A stretch of 64,000 bases of DNA from an uncultured virus (IMG/VR IMGVR_UViG_3300017783_000004) (Duplodnaviria > Heunggongvirae > Uroviricota > Caudoviricetes): the IMG/VR virus record IMGVR_UViG_3300017783_000004. The stretch is one strand, 5' to 3'. The notes under the pieces were generated by a model that saw nothing but the letters and a program-made list of their open reading frames with translations, searched no databases and was not told the origin of the DNA. Positions 9,906-17,173 of this stretch are shown piece by piece (position 1 is the first letter of the stretch; each line of letters opens with the position of its first letter). A program made the translations under genes and the position numbers.

Positions 9906-10200
9906 TTTTTGATTCCTCTTCTCTTTTGATTTGCTCTTGAATTAATTCAACTAGAATATCACCCATGAGATTGTTTAATTCACTATTATTTAGTAATTCT
10001 TGAATTGCCTCCTCTGTGCCTTCGACACCTTCTGGCATCCTTCTTATGTTTCTTTTGAAGTTCATTTGAGGTTCGCCATTGACAAACTGTACATCACCAT
10101 ATTGATATACTAAACCTTTCCACTCACCACTTACAAGTTCAATACCTGCATCTTTTTCAAGTGGACTTTCTACAACTTGATATACTTCTTTAAAAAGCAT
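9892..10200 (-). CDS. Conserved hypothetical protein
   Basis: GEWKGLVYQYGDV...MGDILVELI motif typical of T4-like phage ORFs. Confidence 0.7.
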   Translation of the reverse strand: MLFKEVYQVVESPLEKDAGIELVSGEWKGLVYQYGDVQFVNGEPQMNFKRNIRRMPEGVEGTEEAIQELLNNSELNNLMGDILVELIQEQIKREEESKNGKK

Positions 10201-11176
10201 CGTTCATTCTCCTCGCAAACTCTTCATAGTATTCCTCTTCTGATAGATGAACTTCTGAATAGTTTTGTCTTGCCAGTTCTAGTTTTTCTTCTCTAAAGGT
10301 ATCATCTCTCAACTCTAATGATTTTTCTAGGAACTCTTCAAATGTGTAAACTCTCTGCCACTTATCAATTCTATATGTATTGTTGCAATCATAGTTTCTC
10401 CATACAAAGGGTACAATACCTATTGCAAGTGCCTCAACATATCTAGAGGTGGTTGCAGTTTCATCTAACCAATTGAAACACAATGTTTCTCTACAACCCT
10501 CTAACAAAGGATAGAGTTTCTTCCAGTCTTTTATCCATTTAGACTTTCTCTCTACACCAGATGGCATACCACCAATAAGTTGGCATGAAAGGTCACTACG
10601 ATAAATTTGGCGAATGGTCTTCTCTCTATCGTGGCCGTGTTTCATACGACCCCAATATCCAAAGTCGTGAGTCTTAGATGACCCAACCATTTCGGCCAAT
10701 GGGTTTTTTAAAGTATTTATAAAGTGATACTTCATGCCGTGAATGTTTCCACTGAAATCTATCTCATCGATTTTAGTGAATGATTTTAAATTGATACCTT
10801 TGAATACTTCATTGATATATAACTCTTCTGTATCTGCCCTATCACTACAGAACATGATAACATGTTTACCCTCAAAGAAAGGTCTAATTGCATCCATATG
10901 TTCATTTGACTTTGCAAGGTCTTTAGGGTTCATCTGCAACTCACCATGATATCTGAATTCTGAATCACTTGGTATTACAATACAGTCTGCCCATTCTATA
11001 GTCTCAGGCGTTCTTTTAGGTCTGACATTATCGAATGATACATTGTAAGTATCGTAATTATGTTGTGGATTTGCTTTCATCCACTTCACATAGTTTTCAA
11101 AGAAACTATCTAATACTGTTTCTAAAGGTCCATTGTATTTTACAAATGAACGAAGTCTTGCTATTGTTATATTCAT
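10190..11176 (-). CDS. DNA beta-glucosyltransferase-like GT-B glycosyltransferase
   Basis: By-eye colinearity with T4 BGT: IMFCSDR vs YYLFTDIR, KTHDFGYWGRMKHGHDRE vs KTLDVIYGGSFRSGQRE, TTSRYVEALA vs ITLRVWETMA. Confidence 0.7.
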   Translation of the reverse strand: MNITIARLRSFVKYNGPLETVLDSFFENYVKWMKANPQHNYDTYNVSFDNVRPKRTPETIEWADCIVIPSDSEFRYHGELQMNPKDLAKSNEHMDAIRPFFEGKHVIMFCSDRADTEELYINEVFKGINLKSFTKIDEIDFSGNIHGMKYHFINTLKNPLAEMVGSSKTHDFGYWGRMKHGHDREKTIRQIYRSDLSCQLIGGMPSGVERKSKWIKDWKKLYPLLEGCRETLCFNWLDETATTSRYVEALAIGIVPFVWRNYDCNNTYRIDKWQRVYTFEEFLEKSLELRDDTFREEKLELARQNYSEVHLSEEEYYEEFARRMNDAF

Positions 11177-11568
11177 GATTGTGTCACCCTTTGTCTTAGA
11201 CCACTACTACTAAAAGAGTGTTGTCTGTTTGTATAATAAATTTCGTGTAGACCTTTACCTGTGAAATCTCTTTCAGTATAATCTTCTCCCACGAATCTCA
11301 AATGTATCTCTGTTGACTCTAATAAGTCAATCAGACTTTGTTCAGTATCATATGGTATGATTTCATCAACATACTTTACTGCCTGCAATTGAACGAATCT
11401 CTCATAGACTGATTGAACAGGTTTGTTCTTTTCTTGTCTATCAATACTAGGGTCTGTTTGTAAACCCACGATTAAATATTCGCAATTTTCTTTTGCCTCT
11501 TTTAACATGACGATATGACCTGCATGTAGCAAGTCAAAACATCCGCATGTAAATCCTTTTGTCTTCAT
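11173..11568 (-). CDS. TagD-like cytidylyltransferase (HIGH family)
   Basis: GCFDLLHAGH, YLIVGLQTD, RQHSFSSSGLR motifs. Confidence 0.92.
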   Translation of the reverse strand: MKTKGFTCGCFDLLHAGHIVMLKEAKENCEYLIVGLQTDPSIDRQEKNKPVQSVYERFVQLQAVKYVDEIIPYDTEQSLIDLLESTEIHLRFVGEDYTERDFTGKGLHEIYYTNRQHSFSSSGLRQRVTQS

Positions 11569-12689
11569 CTTATAATATCTATGTTTTGATTCTTAGACCA
11601 AACTTCTAGTTCATTTCTTAGTCTACCATCTCTCTGTAAATTTTCATATCGTTTTGTTGCCATCTTTTTCCACCATGTGATTACATTCTCTAATTCGAAT
11701 CTATCAAAGTTTACATTCTTCTCTAAGGTATCTGTCTCTGAGTTCATGTACTCTTTAACATTCTTGTAACCATATGTGCCTAAGTATTGTCTCTTTCTTT
11801 CTGTAAGATTCTTTGCATCTACAAAACATTGTTTGAATGGTCTTAGCATTTCACTATCATTTTTCTCAAGTGAGTTTCTTATAATAGATATCATCTTACC
11901 TTGTGTCTTCAACTTTCTACTTGATGCCTCTGCATCTACTAAAGGTACGCCATTGTTTTTATTCTCAAACCATTCTTTGAGATGATGATATTTCTCATCA
12001 TTGATACTTGGTACAAAGTCTGAATCAGTTAGACCAATGAATCTTAAATAAGGTTTCATGCCGTCATACATTGATGATGATTTACTTGAACCATATAATG
12101 ATGTAGTCTCAAACATACAATACTTTGTATTATACTTTTTGTTCAATGCTCTTCTGGCGTAATGCGAAGTGCAAATGGCGGCAAGAAGTTTACCACCTAG
12201 ATAATTAAAACCAAAGGGTTGAGTTGGTATGATATTGAAACCCATGATTGTAGAATCATTGAATCTCTTCATCGTATCTTTGTCTGTCGTATTTAGAGGT
12301 TTACCTAAGAACTCATTACGAGGTTTACTATTAATAGTAGGGCTGCCAAATCTAATAAATCCCACAATCTTATTCGTATTCTTTTCATAAACTACCCACT
12401 TTAAAGTTTTGCCTGGTATAGACTTTTGTATCATTTGAGATGCAACTATGTCAATGTAATCATCATAGATTGGCATCTCTCTGCAAACAAACTCCATATC
12501 ATTTGGGTGCATAGTAAAGTCTTGAAACATATCATCTTCTGGTCCCATACCAAATAAAGATGCAGGTCTTTCTGCCATCTTTTCTAATTTGACTTTGCGA
12601 AGATAATCATCTATTCTATCGAAATTGGAATAGTAGTCAATAAAAATTTGACCTACATATTCAGCATCTTGTTTTGAAAGTATTAACAT
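11565..12689 (-). CDS. DUF4338 / DruA-like protein, paralogue B
   Basis: PGKTLKWVVYE, PTQPFGFNYLGGKLLAAICTS, ETTSLYG, SMYDGM. Confidence 0.65.
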   Translation of the reverse strand: MLILSKQDAEYVGQIFIDYYSNFDRIDDYLRKVKLEKMAERPASLFGMGPEDDMFQDFTMHPNDMEFVCREMPIYDDYIDIVASQMIQKSIPGKTLKWVVYEKNTNKIVGFIRFGSPTINSKPRNEFLGKPLNTTDKDTMKRFNDSTIMGFNIIPTQPFGFNYLGGKLLAAICTSHYARRALNKKYNTKYCMFETTSLYGSSKSSSMYDGMKPYLRFIGLTDSDFVPSINDEKYHHLKEWFENKNNGVPLVDAEASSRKLKTQGKMISIIRNSLEKNDSEMLRPFKQCFVDAKNLTERKRQYLGTYGYKNVKEYMNSETDTLEKNVNFDRFELENVITWWKKMATKRYENLQRDGRLRNELEVWSKNQNIDIIR

Positions 12690-12692
12690 AAT

Positions 12693-12736
12693 AAAAAACC
12701 CAAGTCCATTATACGATGAACTTGGGTTCCTGTCTA
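12693..12736 (-). promoter_or_regulatory. Overlapping class II promoter and intrinsic-terminator hairpin
   Basis: TAGACA-17-TATAAT with the -10 enclosed in an AACCCAAGT/ACTTGGGTT stem followed by a T tract. Confidence 0.6.
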
Positions 12737-12749
12737 GTGAGTTTTTGTG

Positions 12750-13307
12750 TTATGCTACAAAATCATCTTCTGGTTGCCATGAGCATCCAGTTAGACCACC
12801 TGCCTTAAGTGCCTGTAAGGTTCTTAAAACTTCGTCTGCATTTCTACCTGTATCTAGTGCATTTACTGATACATGTTGTACGACTCTTTGTTTATCAACA
12901 ATGAAAGTTGCCCTATAACAGACTCCTTCTTCTTGGTTGATAATGCCCAAAGATTCTGAAAGATACAGACCACAGTCTGCAGCTAATGTATGTTGAATGT
13001 TTCCAATCAACTCATTACTTTGTTTCCATGCAAGTTTACAAAACTCATTATCGCCAGATATACCTATCACATTTGCCTCACTTGTCAAAATATCCATTGC
13101 AGAAATTTCGGTAGGACAAATAAATGTAAAGTCTTTAGGGTAGAAGTAAATTACTGACCAATCATGTTTATGTGGTGTATAACTCTCTTCTACTGAGACC
13201 GGTACAATCTCATTGTTAGAATTAACTCCTTGTAATTCAAAGGAAGGAAATTCATCTCCGACACAAAGCATGCCGTTGTTATAAGGGTAAGACATATCGT
13301 TCTCCAT
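12750..13307 (-). CDS. ahpC: Peroxiredoxin (AhpC/Prx1)
   Basis: FYPKDFTFICPTE peroxidatic motif, GRNADEVLR, C-terminal CSW. Confidence 0.95.
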   Translation of the reverse strand: MENDMSYPYNNGMLCVGDEFPSFELQGVNSNNEIVPVSVEESYTPHKHDWSVIYFYPKDFTFICPTEISAMDILTSEANVIGISGDNEFCKLAWKQSNELIGNIQHTLAADCGLYLSESLGIINQEEGVCYRATFIVDKQRVVQHVSVNALDTGRNADEVLRTLQALKAGGLTGCSWQPEDDFVA

Positions 13308-13315
13308 AATAAAGT

Positions 13316-13388
13316 TGGAGCGGAGTTCTAGAATTGCACTAGAATCTCTTAACTGGAAGTAAAGTGTTTTACTTTAAACTAACTCCGC
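13316..13388 (-). tRNA. tRNA-Gly(UCC), atypical
   Basis: GCGGAGT/ACTCCGC acceptor, U73, CCA, anticodon loop CTTCCAG; D-loop AAAGTA without GG; T-loop TGCAATT; one U-U mismatch in the anticodon stem. Confidence 0.85.
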
Positions 13389-13396
13389 ATGTATAC

Positions 13397-13425
13397 AGTA
13401 TACTAAAAGACTGCATACTTTTCAA
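13397..13425 (-). promoter_or_regulatory. Promoter of tRNA-Gly/ahpC
   Basis: TTGAAA-17-TATACT, 8 nt upstream of tRNA G1. Confidence 0.7.
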
Positions 13426-13439
13426 GGGGGTTTTTAAAA

Positions 13440-13847
13440 TTATTTAATTTTAATTACTTGAGGTTTCTCTTCTTCTGGAATCTCTTTTAAGAGTGAGATG
13501 ATGAGCATACCATCTTTAACTTCTGCACCCTTTACTTTTACATATTCACCAAGAGTCCAACTTCTTGCAAAGTTTCTCTCAGAAATACCTTTATGTGCAA
13601 AGTCAATCTCCCTAGTCTCTTTCTTACCATCGACTTTAAGAACTGAATCTTTAAACTCAATGAATAATTCATCTTTACTAAATCCTGCTACTGCAAGTTC
13701 AATGATGTAAGACTCTTCAGAAGACTTGATTACATTGTAAGGTGGGAAGTTATCGTTAATATTCGAGATTCTCTCCATGTCTGAAAAGAGTTTATCGAAT
13801 CCTATTGTGAATGGTCTGAACTGACCAAAGTTATCTATTGCTGTCAT
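13440..13847 (-). CDS. hsp20: Small heat-shock protein Hsp20 (IbpA-like)
   Basis: NFPPYNVIK, IELAVAGF, HKGISERNF, DGMLIISL. Confidence 0.95.
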   Translation of the reverse strand: MTAIDNFGQFRPFTIGFDKLFSDMERISNINDNFPPYNVIKSSEESYIIELAVAGFSKDELFIEFKDSVLKVDGKKETREIDFAHKGISERNFARSWTLGEYVKVKGAEVKDGMLIISLLKEIPEEEKPQVIKIK

Positions 13848-13872
13848 ATTTTCTCCTATTTAAAGCAAGTTA
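13848..13872 (-). promoter_or_regulatory. ROSE-like RNA thermometer hairpin
   Basis: CTTGCT placed to pair with the AGGAG SD in AACTTGCTTTAAATAGGAGAAAATATG. Confidence 0.55.
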
Positions 13873-13911
13873 TGTTACCTAACCTCTATTGAGCATTAGG
13901 GTAGCAGAGAA

Positions 13912-13989
13912 CCGAGCTCTTTTGAAGACTTGGGGTCACTAGATGTCGGCGTTGCCCAATCCTAGTTCCAAATCCGAGCTCTTTTGAAG
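13912..13989. repeat. Two perfect 16-bp direct repeats (CCGAGCTCTTTTGAAG) 46 bp apart
   Basis: Copies at 13912-13927 and 13974-13989 in the hsp20 leader. Confidence 0.9.
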
Positions 13990-14051
13990 TTCTCGTACTA
14001 CTATTATATATGTCTTCTTACAGATTTTTCAAGGGGTTTTTTAAAAAAAAC

Positions 14052-14162
14052 TTAATAAATGTCTCTGATTACATTCTGTAATCTTCCGCATTTCATAAGG
14101 TTGTGTAGTTTGTCTGCTTGTGTCTTTAGATACTCGGCAGACAATGATGCATAATATCGCAT
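14052..14162 (-). CDS. Small protein (36 aa, not in ORF track)
   Basis: MRYYASLSAEYLKTQADKLHNLMKCGRLQNVIRDIY; AGGAGA SD. Confidence 0.55.
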   Translation of the reverse strand: MRYYASLSAEYLKTQADKLHNLMKCGRLQNVIRDIY

Positions 14163-14286
14163 TGTTATCTCCTGTTATGTTAGAAACTATCTGACAACTG
14201 GACTTCGCTTTCGCTACTTACTCTTTGTGTCGTAATTGTTTCTGTTTTGTGACAATTGTGTGTCACAATAGTATTTAGTAATTATA

Positions 14287-14496
14287 CTAGCTAAAGGTTA
14301 TATTTGCAAGACCCTTTATGTTTCTTCTGACCATTTCATTTTTAACCTTTTGTCTGAGTTTAGGTATAACTGGTTTGTTATACGCATCTATCAACTCTGC
14401 ATTAGATTTGCATTTCATATAGTCATGAACTATAGTTTTCTTTTTTGTATTTCTATCTATTTGTATAGAAGTTTTACCGAATTTCACTGGCATCAT
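14287..14496 (-). CDS. Hypothetical basic protein
   Basis: 69-aa ORF with AAGGAGA SD. Confidence 0.7.
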   Translation of the reverse strand: MMPVKFGKTSIQIDRNTKKKTIVHDYMKCKSNAELIDAYNKPVIPKLRQKVKNEMVRRNIKGLANITFS

Positions 14497-14510
14497 AATC
14501 TCCTTTTTTA

Positions 14511-15203
14511 TTATTTAGTGACATTTAATAATTCAAATTCTTCGCATTTCATACATTTACCACAATTAGTAAAATGTATACAACTTTGAACTAATGGTTT
14601 TATATCATCTCTTATATAATCCCATTGCTGTTTTTTTGTCCAACCTATTAGTGGTGCTGATATTGTTTGTTTGATTGGCCAATCAAAAGAATGTTTATAA
14701 CTTCCGTCATGATGTTTTGCATCTGCATCATGATATCCTTTTACTTTTTGGGGTATGTTCTGTAATGCCTCAAATACATTTTGAACCTGATACTTTGTAG
14801 GGTCGACTATAGAACAGTCTCCTAATCCATCATTGAACTCTAACATACCACTATTTGCTCCCCAATAGAAATTTTTAACTTTTGAAAATCTCAATGATGC
14901 ATTACACATTGCTAATAACCAATGTCTTGTAGAATAAAAAGAAGTTTCGACATCACGATATTTGGTATAATGTTCATGAGTATGTGTTATAAAGTCAACA
15001 TCAAGTAGTTTACATATTAGTTCTAAATGATTGGGAAGACGATTAGCTTGAATTGTTTTTTTTCTTGCAGGATAATGACTGTATATTGCAGCCACTTTTA
15101 ATTTGTTATCACAAAGATATTGTAGAAGTGATGTAGATTCCACTCCGCCAGAAAATGCAACAACGGCATCTATTTCTGAAGTATTTTTAGAAAAGCGATT
15201 CAT
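14511..15203 (-). CDS. QueC-like PP-loop ATPase
   Basis: VVAFSGGVES PP-loop, APLIGWTKKQ, C-terminal Zn site SC-x4-CGKCMKC. Confidence 0.75.
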   Translation of the reverse strand: MNRFSKNTSEIDAVVAFSGGVESTSLLQYLCDNKLKVAAIYSHYPARKKTIQANRLPNHLELICKLLDVDFITHTHEHYTKYRDVETSFYSTRHWLLAMCNASLRFSKVKNFYWGANSGMLEFNDGLGDCSIVDPTKYQVQNVFEALQNIPQKVKGYHDADAKHHDGSYKHSFDWPIKQTISAPLIGWTKKQQWDYIRDDIKPLVQSCIHFTNCGKCMKCEEFELLNVTK

Positions 15204-15825
15204 ATTTTCCCTTTTGTTTAGGTGTAGAAAGTGTACAAACTATAGAATATCTTTTTGTATTTGTCTGCATAGGTTTAACCATATGTGTTATATTATTGGG
15301 AAATAAAACCAATAAAGATTCTACTACACTTATACTTAAAACATCAGTATGAGAATTTTTATATGCAAAGTTTGGAGAAAAGAGAATTAAATCTCCCTCG
15401 TCTTTACTATATCTACTTTTCATGAAATTATCTTTTTCTACTAGACCCTTTGGAAAATATACAGCAGTCATTTTGGTAGAAACCGAACCCCTTATTTCGT
15501 TTTTTTTACTGTTATGAGTATGTGGAAAAGAAAATCCACCAGCTCCATGTATAAGATTAGCCCAACAGGCTGATACTTGCATCTCTTCTTCTAGGAGTAA
15601 ATCGTCTATCTGACGAGTTAAAGCTCTAAAACTATGATAAGTATGTTGCATCTTAGTGTTCGATTGCCAAGTGTTATTGGGTGTAGAAGCAAAACTTCGT
15701 GTGTCACCATCTGGCGCAAGGAGTTTTTCTTGTTCAATTTCATCAATCAAGTTTTTGTTTAACTCAGTGTTATCTGGAAATTTATGACTCAGAAAAGGAG
15801 TGTAAAATATTTTATCTAAATGCAT
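15187..15825 (-). CDS. 2OG-Fe(II) oxygenase (TIGR02466-like)
   Basis: WQS, WANL, PHTH, LFPNNITHMV, RYSI motifs. Confidence 0.8.
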   Translation of the reverse strand: MHLDKIFYTPFLSHKFPDNTELNKNLIDEIEQEKLLAPDGDTRSFASTPNNTWQSNTKMQHTYHSFRALTRQIDDLLLEEEMQVSACWANLIHGAGGFSFPHTHNSKKNEIRGSVSTKMTAVYFPKGLVEKDNFMKSRYSKDEGDLILFSPNFAYKNSHTDVLSISVVESLLVLFPNNITHMVKPMQTNTKRYSIVCTLSTPKQKGKYESLF

Positions 15826-16583
15826 TTTATATCTGTAATTTTATCTAGGTGTTCTATATTTATTTGATTATCAAATACTCTATTTTCTATATCAAAAACA
15901 AAAACAGACGCAACATCTCCTTCGTTATTGCCAACTAAAAGTTTTCCATTTCTTTTTGCTAAACCTCTACAGAAACCCTTATTAATGAAATATCTATCGT
16001 CATCAATGACTAGTTCATAGGCACCTGTATCAATAGTATAGAAATGTTCATCAACAATTATGTTATGACATTTTCTTCCTAATTCCTTTATCTTAGTATC
16101 TCCTCTATAAAACTCAGATGGTTTTAGATTTCTATTGTGAAATACATAGTATAACTCATCTTTAAAAAATAGACTGTTGCAATGAGATTTTTTAGGAAGA
16201 ACTTTAAAGAATGAACTGCCGTCATCTAAATTATGTATACCAATTGAGTTTTCGTGTGTATTCGCAACATACATGATATTGTCTTTCTTTAATATTTGAT
16301 GCGTGTTAAAAAAACTAGTAATAGGTAATAGACCTTTGAATGTGTAATCATTGATATCGTAGATACCTATTTTAGTATGATTTGCAATGTAAATATTATC
16401 TTCATCATAAGTTATGCCAAAGGGTCTAAAGGTTGGTCTGGTGTTTTTGCCTGATTTCATTCCTTCAACTGACAAGTCATCTAATTCAGGAGTGTAGGGT
16501 TTGACCAATTGTAGTTCAAAATTATCATTGTATACAAGAAAAGATACTCTGTTATCTTTTTTTGTACCAGTTATTATTATCAT
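15816..16583 (-). CDS. Beta-propeller protein (DUF4915-like)
   Basis: Repeated blade motifs RPFGIT, NTHQI, HCNSL, KCHNI, FCRGLA; start taken at MIIITG. Confidence 0.55.
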   Translation of the reverse strand: MIIITGTKKDNRVSFLVYNDNFELQLVKPYTPELDDLSVEGMKSGKNTRPTFRPFGITYDEDNIYIANHTKIGIYDINDYTFKGLLPITSFFNTHQILKKDNIMYVANTHENSIGIHNLDDGSSFFKVLPKKSHCNSLFFKDELYYVFHNRNLKPSEFYRGDTKIKELGRKCHNIIVDEHFYTIDTGAYELVIDDDRYFINKGFCRGLAKRNGKLLVGNNEGDVASVFVFDIENRVFDNQINIEHLDKITDIKCI

Positions 16584-17173
16584 CTTCTTCCACAGTTTTT
16601 TTCTGCTCTGTGCCATACATTGTAGTTGTTGCCTACAACTAATGCCATTAAAAGATTTATATTATTCATAGTTTTTGGTTCTAGAGTCTGTCGTTCTATA
16701 TCAGAATTGATTGCAGGTATGAGAACAAGTGTTTTAACAAGAAACATTTGTGGTACTGATGGTTGTTCACCAACAATTGGATTTATTTCATAAACACAAT
16801 TGTATTTAAGTCCACGATAAGTTGTATAGATATCTGCAAGTTGTAGTGTGGTAAATGTAATCCACTGCTTAGTTGTGATTGGGTCAGATAGTGTAAATTG
16901 TGACTTGTTCTGATTTTCCTTTAACTGTAATTCTATCAACTCTAGTGAATGCTCTGTCTGGACATAGTTGATAAGTTCTTTCTGATAACAACAAGTCCAC
17001 CCCATTATAATTTCTTGTTTGGCCTTCGAGTCTAGCGCCCAAGTTGACGGCATCTCCGATGACGGAATAGTCAAATCTAAGTTCGGAACCCATGTTTCCG
17101 ACAATACATTCGCCTGAACTGATACCGATGCCCACATTAATAGGAGGCAGGTTAAGAGGTTTAAGTTCTTCAT
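16580..17173 (-). CDS. Putative exported/membrane protein; 5' part overlaps the cyclase gene
   Basis: Signal-peptide-like N-terminus ending VQA; C-terminal LQLADIYTTYRGL...EINPIVG (DUF5658-like). Confidence 0.6.
   Translation of the reverse strand: MKNLNLLTCLLLMWASVSVQANVLSETWVPNLDLTIPSSEMPSTWALDSKAKQEIIMGWTCCYQKELINYVQTEHSLELIELQLKENQNKSQFTLSDPITTKQWITFTTLQLADIYTTYRGLKYNCVYEINPIVGEQPSVPQMFLVKTLVLIPAINSDIERQTLEPKTMNNINLLMALVVGNNYNVWHRAEKNCGRR

Noticed and set aside
13912..13989. Mini-CRISPR interpretation of the 16-bp direct repeats
   Set aside because: Only two copies, shorter than CRISPR repeats, and the spacer is itself structured; kept as a candidate ncRNA instead.
14247..14268. Possible CRP site (TGTGA...TCACA), attractive given the phage cyclase
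   Set aside because: The half-sites are 10 bp apart rather than the 6 bp CRP requires.
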